A DNA stretch of 64,000 bases from Burkholderiales bacterium (GTDB taxonomy: Bacteria; Pseudomonadota; Gammaproteobacteria; Burkholderiales; JACQAP01). Positions 1 through 10,406 of the stretch are shown here, piece after piece. The notes beneath the pieces were generated by a model. It ran no database searches. It was not told where the DNA came from and saw only the letters and a list, made by a program, of their open reading frames with translations. The stretch is taken from assembly GCA_035549715.1 (NCBI GenBank), contig DASZQJ010000160.1, positions 22,688-86,687 of the forward strand, in the 5' to 3' direction. Position numbers and translations under genes: made by a program. Positions within the stretch are counted from its first letter, which is position 1. The number at the start of each line of letters is the position of its first letter.

Positions 1-741
1 CAGTGCGGAGGTCACGACAGTGCGCGTGACCGCCCTCGAGACGCCTTCCGCGGTGGGCGGCGCGTCATAGCCTTCGAACAGGGCGATCGAAGTGACCGCC
101 GCGCCGAAGACCACGCTCTTGATCACCCCGTTCATGATGTCATCGCGCAGGTCCACGTTCGCCTGCATCTGCGACCAGAAGGCCCCCGAATCCACGCCAA
201 TGACCACCACCGTGATCAGGTAGCCGCCGAAGATGCCCATCACGCTGAAGATGGCTGCCAGCAGCGGCATGGAGATGAATCCGCCCCAGAACATGGGGCC
301 CAGCACCCGGGCGAACGGATCGACCGCCATCATCTCCATCGCCGACAGCTGCTCGGTGGATTTCATGATGCCGATCTCGGCCGTCATGGCCGAGCCGGCG
401 CGGCTCGCGAACAACAGGGCGGCGACCACCGGCCCCAGCTCGCGCACCAGCGCCAGCGCCACGAGCGTGCCGACGGCTTCCGCCGATCCGTAGCGTTTCA
501 GGGTCTCGAAACCCTGCAAGCCCAGCACCAGCCCGACGAACAGGCCGGACACGATGATGATGATGAGCGACAGCACGCCGGCGAAGTGCACCTCGTCGAG
601 CGTCAGTTGCGGGCGCCGGAAGGCGGTTGCGGAGCGCGCCAGCACCATGCCCATGAAGCGCGTGGCGGCCCCCAGCCGCCAGACCGCGTTGATCGTGCGA
701 TGGCCGATGAGGCGGATGCCTTGCAGCAGCGCGCCGACCAT
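1..741 (-). CDS. mlaE: MlaE-type ABC permease (lipid asymmetry / phospholipid transport); N-terminal ~247 aa, C-terminal end lies beyond the window edge
   Basis: Own translation of minus strand from ATG (complement of 739-741): MVGALLQGIRLIGHRTINAVWRLGAATRFMGMVLARSATAFRRPQLTLDEVHFAGVLSLIIIIVSGLFVGLVLGLQGFETLKRYGSAEAVG... The frame has no stop before the window edge, so it is missing from the ORF track. ATGA start/stop overlap with mlaF. Confidence 0.85.
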   Translation of the reverse strand, partial: MVGALLQGIRLIGHRTINAVWRLGAATRFMGMVLARSATAFRRPQLTLDEVHFAGVLSLIIIIVSGLFVGLVLGLQGFETLKRYGSAEAVGTLVALALVRELGPVVAALLFASRAGSAMTAEIGIMKSTEQLSAMEMMAVDPFARVLGPMFWGGFISMPLLAAIFSVMGIFGGYLITVVVIGVDSGAFWSQMQANVDLRDDIMNGVIKSVVFGAAVTSIALFEGYDAPPTAEGVSRAVTRTVVTSAL

Positions 742-1544
742 CACCGCCCCATCCCGAGGTCTTCGCCGAACGGCGGCGCCCGGTAGTGGAAGCGCACCGG
801 CCCGTCACTTTCGCCGTGGACGAACTGGTGCACGAAGGGCTCGCGCGAATCACGCACCTCCGCCGGCGTGCCTTGCGCGACCACCCGGCCGCCGGCGAGG
901 AAGTAGACGTAGTCGACGATCTTCAGGGATTGCTCCACGTCGTGCGTCACGACGATGGAGGTCGCCCCCAGGGCATCGTTGAGCCTGCGGATCAGGTTGC
1001 CGATGACGCCCACCGAGATCGGATCGAGCCCGGTGAAGGGCTCGTCGTACATGATGAGCGAGGGGTCGAGCGCGATCGCGCGCGCCAGCGCCACGCGCCG
1101 GGCCATCCCGCCCGAGAGCTCGGCGGGCTTGAGGTCGCGCGCGCCGCGCAGGCCCACCGCATCGAGCTTCATCAGCACCAGGTCGCGGATCATCGCCTCA
1201 GGCAGGTCCGTGTGCTCCCGCAACGGGAACGCCACGTTCTCGAACGTCGACAGGTCGGTGAACAGCGCGCCGAACTGGAACAGCATGCCCATGCGCCGGC
1301 GCATCGCGTAGAGGCCCGCGTGGGAGATGCCTTCGAGGCTTTGGCCATCCACCCGGACCTCGCCGCGCGTGGCCTTCAACTGGCCGCCGATCAACCGCAG
1401 CAGCGTGGTCTTTCCCGTGCCGCTGCCGCCCATGATCGCCACGACCTTGCCGCGCGCAAAACGCATGTCCACCCCCTGCAGGATGGGGCGGCCGTCGTAG
1501 GAGAATTCGACTTGCGAGAATTCGACGAGGTTTTCGGAAGGCAC
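741..1544 (-). CDS. mlaF: MlaF-type ABC transporter ATP-binding protein
   Basis: Tail of ORF 741..1823(-): Walker A GGSGTGKTTLL, signature LSGGMARRVALARA, Walker B LIMYDEPFTGLD. The N-terminal 93 codons of the ORF are R-rich junk. Likely GTG start at 1544 (VPSENLVEFSQVEFSY). Confidence 0.85.
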   Translation of the reverse strand: MPSENLVEFSQVEFSYDGRPILQGVDMRFARGKVVAIMGGSGTGKTTLLRLIGGQLKATRGEVRVDGQSLEGISHAGLYAMRRRMGMLFQFGALFTDLSTFENVAFPLREHTDLPEAMIRDLVLMKLDAVGLRGARDLKPAELSGGMARRVALARAIALDPSLIMYDEPFTGLDPISVGVIGNLIRRLNDALGATSIVVTHDVEQSLKIVDYVYFLAGGRVVAQGTPAEVRDSREPFVHQFVHGESDGPVRFHYRAPPFGEDLGMGR

Positions 1545-1678
1545 GGGTCTGGAATTGGTCCGGCGGGCCGGGACTCGGAGATTCGGGGCATTGTAACGGA
1601 CTGCCCCGCACCTCGCAGAGGCTTGCAAGTCCCCGCATTTGCGTGCACTTTTGCGCATCTTGACCAACGGATGACCCC

Positions 1679-2404
1679 TTGCCTGCCGCCGATTCCGCCG
1701 CGATCGCGTTCCGCGGCCTGAAGAAGTCCTACGGGGGAACGCCCGTCCTGCGCGGGCTCGACCTCGAGGTCGCGGCCGGCGGCACGTTCGGCCTGGTCGG
1801 CATGAACGGCGCCGGCAAGACAACGCTCATCAAGTGCCTGCTGGATTTCTGCGACGTGGACGCGGGCGAAGTGCGCATCTTCGGAACGCCCGGCCGGGAG
1901 ACCCGTTCGCGCGGCCGGCTCGCCTTCCTGCCCGAGCGCTTCGTGCCCCCCTACTACCTGACCGGCCGCGATTTCCTGCGCTACATGGCCACGCTCTACG
2001 CGAGCGGGTATGCCGAGGCGCAAGTCGCCGCCATGCTCGGCCACCTCGACCTCGACGCCGCCGCCCTGACCCGGCCCGTGCACGCCTTCTCCAAGGGGAT
2101 GACGCAGAAGCTGGGCCTGGCCGCCTGCCTGCTCTCCGGCCGCGACCTCCTGGTGCTGGACGAGCCCACCAGCGGCCTCGACCCCAAAGCCCGGGCCCTG
2201 CTCAAGCGCCAGTTGCACGCGGCCCGGGCGGCCGGGCGAACCATCTTCCTCACCTCCCACGCGCTGGCCGACGTCGAGGAGCTGTGCGACCAGATGGCGG
2301 TCCTCCACGGCGGGGAACTGCGCTTTCTCGGGGCGCCGGCCGCGCTCAGGGAGAAGTTCGGCGCCGCCACGCTGGAAGCGGCCTACCTGGCCTGCATCGA
2401 ATAG
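1679..2404 (+). CDS. ABC transporter ATP-binding protein (ABC-2 exporter type), no permease adjacent
   Basis: ORF 1679..2404: Walker A GMNGAGKTTLIK, signature FSKGMTQKLGLA, Walker B LLVLDEPTSGLD. TTG start as given by the track. Confidence 0.85.
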   Translation: MPAADSAAIAFRGLKKSYGGTPVLRGLDLEVAAGGTFGLVGMNGAGKTTLIKCLLDFCDVDAGEVRIFGTPGRETRSRGRLAFLPERFVPPYYLTGRDFLRYMATLYASGYAEAQVAAMLGHLDLDAAALTRPVHAFSKGMTQKLGLAACLLSGRDLLVLDEPTSGLDPKARALLKRQLHAARAAGRTIFLTSHALADVEELCDQMAVLHGGELRFLGAPAALREKFGAATLEAAYLACIE

Positions 2405-2419
2405 GGCACGCCGGATGCG
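2404..2419 (+). promoter_or_regulatory. Candidate sigma-54 (-24/-12) promoter upstream of the response regulator gene
   Basis: GGGCACG-CCGG-ATGCG versus consensus TGGCACG-N4-TTGCW. GG and GC are correctly spaced, with two mismatches. It lies 70 nt upstream of ATG 2490. Confidence 0.3.
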
Positions 2420-2489
2420 CCACGGCACATGGGAGCCCCGCCCCCCCTCTGGCACAATGCGCCAACCCTCCGGAATCCCGAACCCAGGC

Positions 2490-3926
<1,437 letters not shown>

Positions 3927-5348
3927 ATGTATTACGCATTCTTCGGACTGAACCAGCCTCCCTTCAAGATCACGCCCGACACCGAAGCCTTCTTCGAGGG
4001 CGGCAACCGCGGGGCAATCCTCGAGGCGCTGATCTACGCCATCACCCACGGCGAGGGCATCATCAAGGTGACCGGCGAGGTGGGCAGCGGCAAGACCATG
4101 CTGTGCCGGGTCCTGCAAACGCGGCTGCCGCAAAACGTCGAGAACGTCTACCTCGCCAATCCCAGCGTCTCGCCCGAGGAAATCCTCCACGCCATCGCCT
4201 TCGAGCTGCAGATCACCCTGCCCCGGGATGCCAGCCGACTGGAGGTCATGCATGCCCTGAATGCCTACCTGCTCGAGCGCCACGCGCAGAAAAAGCAGGT
4301 CGTGGTCTTCGTCGAGGAATCGCAGGGCATGCCGCTCGCTACCCTGGAGGAAATCCGGCTGCTCTCGAACCTCGAGACGCAGCAGCACAAGCTCCTCCAG
4401 ATCGTCCTGTTCGGCCAGCCCGAACTGGACGAAAACCTGCGCCAGCCGCAAATCCGGCAACTGCGCGAGCGCATCACCCACAGCTTCAACCTGGCGCCCC
4501 TGGATGAGCAGGATGTGAGGGCCTACTTAGCGTTCCGGCTCCGTGCGGCGGGGTATCACGGTCCAGACTTGTTCGGGCCGCGGGTGATTTCCTACATGAC
4601 GCGCGCCAGCGGTGGCTTGTCGCGGCGCATCAATCTGATTGCCGACAAGGCACTGCTGGCGGCCTTCGCCGAGGGCACCCACAACGTCAGCCTGGCGCAC
4701 GTGAAAGCCGCCGTGAGAGACAGCGAGTTCAGCGACGTGCCCATGCAAAAATCCCGTTCACCAATGGCTTACGCCCTGGTCGGACTGGCGATCGGGGGTG
4801 CCCTGGGCATTGCGGCCTTCGCCGCCTATCTCGGCTTTTCCGGGAATCGGCAGGCCGCCCCATCGGCGTCCGAAAGCGCTGCCCCGGCACAGGCCCCCCT
4901 GCCGGCGGCCTCCACGCCCGTCCGGCCGGCCGTGGCATCCGGGCCTCCGGTGGTCCAGGCCGCCGCACCGGCACCCGCGGGTCCGGCCGTTGCCGCCCTG
5001 GAGCTGCCGCCGGACCTGCTGGAACAGCGTTTGCTCGCGACCACGCAGTGGCTCGACCAGCAAAATGCCGGCGCGTACAGCATCCAGCTGCTCGGCTCGC
5101 CCGACGCAGAACTCCTAAGGGAGTATTTCAAAACCATCGCCAAATATCTTGAAATAGAAAAGGTTTATGTGTACCGTACGGTTGCAAATCAGCGTCCTTC
5201 GTTTACGGTTTTATACGGGACTTACGCTGATCGGTACGAGGTGACCCGCGTCCTGGAGAGCCTCCCGCCCGAAATGCGGGTCAACCGGCCTTACACTCGG
5301 ACGATTCAGGGGATACGCGCCGAGATCGCTTATCAGAACCGGTCGTGA
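3927..5348 (+). CDS. ExeA/GspA/MshM-like AAA ATPase with TM segment, Ala/Pro-rich linker and C-terminal SPOR-like domain
   Basis: MYYAFFGLNQPPFKITPD N-terminus and Walker A GEVGSGKT are typical of ExeA/MshM. TM segment AYALVGLAIGGALGIAAFAAYLGF. C-terminus YSIQLLGS...VYVYRTV...FTVLYGTYADRYEV resembles a SPOR/peptidoglycan-binding fold. Confidence 0.8.
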   Translation: MYYAFFGLNQPPFKITPDTEAFFEGGNRGAILEALIYAITHGEGIIKVTGEVGSGKTMLCRVLQTRLPQNVENVYLANPSVSPEEILHAIAFELQITLPRDASRLEVMHALNAYLLERHAQKKQVVVFVEESQGMPLATLEEIRLLSNLETQQHKLLQIVLFGQPELDENLRQPQIRQLRERITHSFNLAPLDEQDVRAYLAFRLRAAGYHGPDLFGPRVISYMTRASGGLSRRINLIADKALLAAFAEGTHNVSLAHVKAAVRDSEFSDVPMQKSRSPMAYALVGLAIGGALGIAAFAAYLGFSGNRQAAPSASESAAPAQAPLPAASTPVRPAVASGPPVVQAAAPAPAGPAVAALELPPDLLEQRLLATTQWLDQQNAGAYSIQLLGSPDAELLREYFKTIAKYLEIEKVYVYRTVANQRPSFTVLYGTYADRYEVTRVLESLPPEMRVNRPYTRTIQGIRAEIAYQNRS

Positions 5349-5505
5349 AGAGCGCCCCGCCGGCCTTGCGTGCCGGCAGCGGCAGGCTGGCAGCAACGAA
5401 CGAACTTCAGGCAGAGTGAGCATGGAAATTCGGGGGGGACAGGGGTCCGGGGTCGGGCTTGCCTTGCGGTCGGCCGGTCGCGACATTGACGCGTGCCGTC
5501 ACTTG

Positions 5506-7275
5506 ATGCCGGGCCGCGTCCCGTTCGCATCCTTCGCCCTGGCCGCCGTGCTCGCATTCGGCGGCTGCGCCTACAAGCCCACGGTGCCACCCTCGCAGGG
5601 CCACATCAACGCCGAGCAGATCCCGCCGAAGGCCCAGGAAAAGATCCTCCCGCCCGTCACCCGCAGCGACTTCGTCCCCCCGCCGCGGCCCCAGGTCAAG
5701 GTCCCGACCTACAGCGTGGTGGTCAATGACGTCCCGGTCCGGGAACTGCTGTTCGCCCTGTCGCGCGACACCAGGCAGAACATCGACGTCCATCCGAACA
5801 TCCAGGGCCTGGTGAGCCTGAACGCGATCGACGAGACCCTGCCCGCGATCCTGGAGCGCATCGCCCAGCAGGTGAACCTGCGCTACCGCACCGAGGGCAA
5901 GACCATCCTCGTCGTGCCCGACACCCCCTACTTCAAGACCTACCGCGTCAACTACGTGAACATGGCGCGCGACACGACCTCCAGCATCGGCGTGAGCGGT
6001 GACATCAGCGGCAGTTCGACCGCAACCGGCCAGAGCGGCGCCCAGAGCCAGAGCAGCAGCACCTCCAGCACCAAGGTCGACACCCGGTCGGTGAACAACT
6101 TCTGGGATGTGCTGCGCCAGAATGTCGAGGCCATCCTGTCGGCCAGCAAAGCCATGTACCAGAGCGCCGACCAGCGCGCGGCGCAGGCCGAAGCGGCCCG
6201 CGCGGCGCGCGAGGAACGCATCGCCCAGGCCGAAGCCGTGTCCCGCGCCGGCGCCAACGCCGAGAAGCTCTTCAGCGCGGCCTTCGCCCCCGGGACGGCG
6301 CCGACGGACGTCAAGAACGACATCGTCGTCAACCCCGTCACCGGGACCATCACGGTGCTCGGAACGGAAAAACAGCAGGCGCTGGTCCAGCAGTACCTGG
6401 AAAGCGTGGGCTCGGCCTCGCAGCGCCAGGTGCTGATCGAGGCCACGATCGCGGAAGTGCAGCTGTCGAATGCCTACCAGGCGGGCGTGGACTGGAGCCG
6501 GATCGCCAGCGGCACGGGTTTCACGTTCAACCAGCAGCTTCTCGGCACCAACCTCGGCACCGCGCCCCGCATGGTGGTCGGGTACACGAATCCGACCTCC
6601 GACGTGGGCAACATCTCCGCGTCGATCCGGCTCCTCGAGCAGTTCGGCAACACCCGCGTCCTGTCGAGCCCGAAGCTGATGGCGGTGAACAACCAGTCCG
6701 CGCTGCTCAAGGTCGTCGACAACATCGTCTACTTCAACATCGAAGCCAACACCAACTCGAACCAGACGACCACGACCACGACTTTCACGACCACGGCCAA
6801 GACGGTGCCGGTGGGCCTGATGATGAGCGTGCTGCCGCAGATCACCGAGTCCGGCATGGTCAACCTGACGATCCGCCCGACCATCTCCAGCGTGATCCGG
6901 TTCGTGCGCGATCCGAATCCCTCGCTGCAGTTCACCCCGGACGGCACGCCGCTGCCCACCCCGATCGCGAGCCTGGTGCCCGAGATCCAGGTGCGCGAAA
7001 TGGAATCCGTGCTGCAGGCCGGCAGCGGCCAGACCATCGTGCTGGGCGGATTGATGCAGGACAACGTCAAGCGCAACCGGGACCAGGTGCCCGGCCTGGG
7101 GAACATTCCCCGCGTCGGCGAGGCCTTCCAGTTCCGCGACGAGGATGTCACCAAGACGGAAATCGTGATCTTCCTCAAGCCCACGATCATCAGCAACCCT
7201 TCGCTGGATAGCGACGAGCTCAGGATGTTCCAGCGCTTCCTGCCGGTCGTCGACAAGACCGGAAAGTCGCCATGA
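5506..7275 (+). CDS. Secretin, MshL-like lipoprotein (type IV pilus/T2SS outer-membrane channel)
   Basis: ORF 5416..7275. Internal ATG 5506 gives MPGRVPFASFALAAVLAFGGC with a lipobox. Secretin C-domain motifs VLSSPKLMAVNNQSALLKV, GGLMQD, VPGLGNIPRVG, IVIFLKPTII. The start could instead be 5416. Confidence 0.85.
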   Translation: MPGRVPFASFALAAVLAFGGCAYKPTVPPSQGHINAEQIPPKAQEKILPPVTRSDFVPPPRPQVKVPTYSVVVNDVPVRELLFALSRDTRQNIDVHPNIQGLVSLNAIDETLPAILERIAQQVNLRYRTEGKTILVVPDTPYFKTYRVNYVNMARDTTSSIGVSGDISGSSTATGQSGAQSQSSSTSSTKVDTRSVNNFWDVLRQNVEAILSASKAMYQSADQRAAQAEAARAAREERIAQAEAVSRAGANAEKLFSAAFAPGTAPTDVKNDIVVNPVTGTITVLGTEKQQALVQQYLESVGSASQRQVLIEATIAEVQLSNAYQAGVDWSRIASGTGFTFNQQLLGTNLGTAPRMVVGYTNPTSDVGNISASIRLLEQFGNTRVLSSPKLMAVNNQSALLKVVDNIVYFNIEANTNSNQTTTTTTFTTTAKTVPVGLMMSVLPQITESGMVNLTIRPTISSVIRFVRDPNPSLQFTPDGTPLPTPIASLVPEIQVREMESVLQAGSGQTIVLGGLMQDNVKRNRDQVPGLGNIPRVGEAFQFRDEDVTKTEIVIFLKPTIISNPSLDSDELRMFQRFLPVVDKTGKSP

Positions 7276-8672
7276 GCCTGCTGCTCCAGGCCCTGCAGAA
7301 GGCGTCCAAGAATCGCGAGGACGGCGCGGAGCCGGGCCCCGGCCCCGACCCGCTGGATTCCGAAGAGTTGTCGCTGGAGCCGCTCGGCGCCGCCGCGCAG
7401 GGCGAGGCGCCCCGGGAAGCTTCGGTGGCCGCCGCGCCTTCAGCCACACCGGCGCAGGCCGCCGCCATGATGCAGGTGAGCCGCGCTCCCGCCTTCGACC
7501 CGATCGAGTATGCGCGCGAGCATTACATGCTCATGTTCATCGCGATCGCGTTCCTGTTCGCCGCCGGCTACGGCGGCTACGTGTACGTCCAGGTCTCGAA
7601 TCCGTCCTGGCTGCGCAGGTCCGCGCCGCCGCCACCACCGCCGCTTGCGTCGGCGCCAGCGCCCGCGCCGGCAGCGAGCGAACCCGCAAGCGCCAAGATC
7701 AGCGGCATCCCCTCGAGCATGCAGACGCCGCCGGCCCAGGCAGCAGCCCCCGTACAAACGCCGCCGGCGGCCCAGGCCGTCGCGCAGGCGCAGCCCGCGG
7801 CGCCGGAGCAACACGCTTCGCCCGCCCAGCCTGCCCCGCAAGCCGCCGCGCCGGCCGAGGCGCCGAAGCCGGCACCCGCCGTTTCCGCGCCGGCCGAAGC
7901 GAGACCCCTGGTCAAGCAACCGGTGATCGCCGCCGTACCGTCGGCGGCGCCGCGCGCGGCTGCGTCGAAGCCTCGCCGCGCCGCGGAAGACACCGTCGTG
8001 CGCCAGGTGGACGAGGACGGCATCGAGACCGTCGTGCTGAAACCGGCCGCGCCCGCTCGCAACGCCTCCGCCGCGGAAAAGCCGGTGGTCGCCGAATCGC
8101 CCTCGGACCTCATGCGCGCCTACGAGGCGCTGCAGGCCGGCGACAGCGCGCAGGCGAGGACCCTTTACGAGCAGGTGCTCAAATCCGACCCGCGCAACAT
8201 CGACGCCCTGCTCGGCCTCGGCGCCATCGCCTGGAAGGACGGCCGCATCGACGAAGCCATGCAGCACTACCAGCGGGTGCTGGAGCTCGAGCCGCGCAAC
8301 ACCTACGCCCAGGCGGGGCTGATCGCCATGGTCGGCAGCGCCGACCCGGCCGCGAGCGAGACGCGGCTGCGCCAGCTGATCGCGCGCGATCCCTCCGGTT
8401 TCCTGTATTTCACGCTGGGCAACCTGTATGCGGACCAGGGCCTGTGGCCCGCCGCGCAGCAGGCATACTTCCAGGCCTACCAGTCGCAGCCGGAGAACCC
8501 GGATTACGCGTTCAACCTTGCGGTGGGCCTGGAGCACATCGGCCAGGCCAGGCCGGCGCTGGAGTACTACCGCAAGGCGCTCGACCTTTCGTTCCGCAAG
8601 GGACGCGCCAACTTCGACCAGAGCCTCGTCATCCAGCGCGTCGGCCAGCTATCATCCCGCGTCGAGCAATAG
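7272..8672 (+). CDS. GspB/ExeB/MshN-like protein: conserved N-terminal peptide, TM, long Ala/Pro-rich spacer, C-terminal TPR repeats
   Basis: N-terminus MSLLLQALQKASKNRE resembles the GspB/ExeB MSYILDALRK motif. TM segment MLMFIAIAFLFAAGYGGYVYV. TPR-like repeats ARTLYEQVLKSDPRNIDALLGLG, AMQHYQRVLELEPRN, ALEYYRKALDL. 4-nt overlap with the secretin gene. Confidence 0.7.
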   Translation: MSLLLQALQKASKNREDGAEPGPGPDPLDSEELSLEPLGAAAQGEAPREASVAAAPSATPAQAAAMMQVSRAPAFDPIEYAREHYMLMFIAIAFLFAAGYGGYVYVQVSNPSWLRRSAPPPPPPLASAPAPAPAASEPASAKISGIPSSMQTPPAQAAAPVQTPPAAQAVAQAQPAAPEQHASPAQPAPQAAAPAEAPKPAPAVSAPAEARPLVKQPVIAAVPSAAPRAAASKPRRAAEDTVVRQVDEDGIETVVLKPAAPARNASAAEKPVVAESPSDLMRAYEALQAGDSAQARTLYEQVLKSDPRNIDALLGLGAIAWKDGRIDEAMQHYQRVLELEPRNTYAQAGLIAMVGSADPAASETRLRQLIARDPSGFLYFTLGNLYADQGLWPAAQQAYFQAYQSQPENPDYAFNLAVGLEHIGQARPALEYYRKALDLSFRKGRANFDQSLVIQRVGQLSSRVEQ

Positions 8673-8687
8673 TCCGGTAATTTCCTC

Positions 8688-10394
8688 ATGGCCGAGCAAC
8701 GCAAGAAGCTTCGCCTCGGCGAACTGCTGGTCCAGCAGGGGCTGATCACCCACGATCAGCTGCGCATCGCGCTGACCGAGCAGAAATCACAGAACATCCC
8801 GATCGGGCGCCTGCTGGTGCGCCTGGGCTTCGTCACCGAGGCCGTGATCCGCGACATCATGGCGCGGACCATCGGCCAGGAATCCATCGACCTCTCGCAG
8901 GTGCTGGTGGATGCCGAGGCGCTCAAGCTCGTGCCGCAGGAGTTCGCGCGCCGCCACCGCCTCCTGCCGATCGCCTACGACGCCGAGCAGAACATGCTCG
9001 TGGTGGCCATCACGGAAGTCTTCAACGTCGTCGCCCTGGACCAGTTGCGCGCCACCCTCGGCCACAACATCCAGATGAAGACGGTGCTCGCGGGCCAGGC
9101 GCAGCTCGACGAGTACATCGACCAGTTCTACGGCTTCGAGCTTTCCGTCGACGGCATCCTGCGCGAGATCGAAACCGGCGAGATCGACTACCAGAGCATC
9201 CAGCAGGGCGGGGTCGACGAGTACACCCAGCCGATCGTGCGCCTGGTCGGCGCGCTGCTGGTCGACGCGGTCAAGCGCGGCGCCTCTGACATCCACTTCG
9301 AGCCCGAATTCGCCTTCCTGCGCATCCGCTACCGCATCGACGGCGTGCTCGAGCAGATCCGCAGCCTGCACAAGACCTACTGGCCGGGCATCGCCGTGCG
9401 CCTGAAGGTCATCAGCGGCATGAACATCGCCGAGACGCGCGCGCCGCAGGACGGCCGCCTGTCGCTCAACCTGAACGGCCGCCCGGTCGATTTCCGCGTC
9501 GCCTCGCAGCCGACCATCTGGGGCGAGAACATCGTGCTGCGCGTGCTCGACCGCGAGAAGTCCATCATCAGCCTGGAGCAGATGAAGCTGCCCAAGCAGA
9601 CGATGGCCAAGCTCAACCTGATGCTCGCCCGGCCGGAGGGCATCCTCGTGCTGACCGGCCCGACCGGCAGCGGCAAGACGACCACCCTCTACTCGCTGCT
9701 CGCCAAGCTCAACGTCGAGTCGGTCAACATCATGACCCTCGAGGACCCGGTGGAATATCCCGTGGCGATGATGCGCCAGACCTCGGTGAGCGAAGCCGCC
9801 AAGATGGACTTCGCCAACGGCATCCGCTCCATCATGCGCCAGGACCCGGACATCATCCTGGTGGGCGAAGTGCGCGACAAGGACACCGCCGAGATGGCCT
9901 TCCGCGCCGCCATGACCGGCCACCAGGTGTTCACGACCCTGCACACCAACTCCGCGCTCGGCACCTTCCCGCGGCTGCTGGACATCGGCATCGCCCCGGA
10001 CATCATGGCGGGGAACATCATCGGCATCATCGCCCAGCGCCTGGTGCGCATGCTCTGCACGCAGTGCAAGGAGGCCTATTCGCCATCGCTCGAGGAGCGA
10101 CAGCTGCTCGGGCGCGAGGTGGAAGGCGAGCTCAAGATCTTCCGCCCGGTGGGCTGCAACCGCTGCAACCATCGCGGCTACAAGGGCCGCACCGCCGTCA
10201 TGGAGATCCTGCACATGGACGCGGACATGGACGAGCTCGTCGCCCGCCGCGCGAGCCCCAGGGAGCTCAAGGAGCTCGCCATCTCCAGGAATTTCCGCAC
10301 GCTCGCCGACGAAGGCGTGCAGCGCGTCCTCGACGGCTCGACCAGCCTCGCCGAGGTGGCGCGCGCCATCGACCTGACGGGCCGGGCCAGGTAG
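8688..10394 (+). CDS. GspE/PilB/MshE-family secretion ATPase with N-terminal MshEN (T2SSE_N) domain
   Basis: Walker A GPTGSGKTTT, Asp/His boxes, tetracysteine CTQC...CNRC. N-terminus RLGELLVQQGLITHDQLRIALTEQ. Confidence 0.9.
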   Translation: MAEQRKKLRLGELLVQQGLITHDQLRIALTEQKSQNIPIGRLLVRLGFVTEAVIRDIMARTIGQESIDLSQVLVDAEALKLVPQEFARRHRLLPIAYDAEQNMLVVAITEVFNVVALDQLRATLGHNIQMKTVLAGQAQLDEYIDQFYGFELSVDGILREIETGEIDYQSIQQGGVDEYTQPIVRLVGALLVDAVKRGASDIHFEPEFAFLRIRYRIDGVLEQIRSLHKTYWPGIAVRLKVISGMNIAETRAPQDGRLSLNLNGRPVDFRVASQPTIWGENIVLRVLDREKSIISLEQMKLPKQTMAKLNLMLARPEGILVLTGPTGSGKTTTLYSLLAKLNVESVNIMTLEDPVEYPVAMMRQTSVSEAAKMDFANGIRSIMRQDPDIILVGEVRDKDTAEMAFRAAMTGHQVFTTLHTNSALGTFPRLLDIGIAPDIMAGNIIGIIAQRLVRMLCTQCKEAYSPSLEERQLLGREVEGELKIFRPVGCNRCNHRGYKGRTAVMEILHMDADMDELVARRASPRELKELAISRNFRTLADEGVQRVLDGSTSLAEVARAIDLTGRAR

Positions 10395-10406
10395 GGGCGC
10401 GCAGCC

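Noticed and set aside
140-853. 237-aa minus-strand ORF and several plus-strand ORFs covering the first 1 kb.
   Set aside because: They are wrong frames over mlaE/mlaF. The real MlaE frame has no stop within the window and is therefore missing from the track. Its translation is a convincing permease.
2446-2461. CTGGCACAATGCGCCA upstream of the regulator gene as a sigma-54 site.
   Set aside because: The TGGCAC core is present, but the GC of the -12 element is displaced and the GG-N10-GC spacing is not met.
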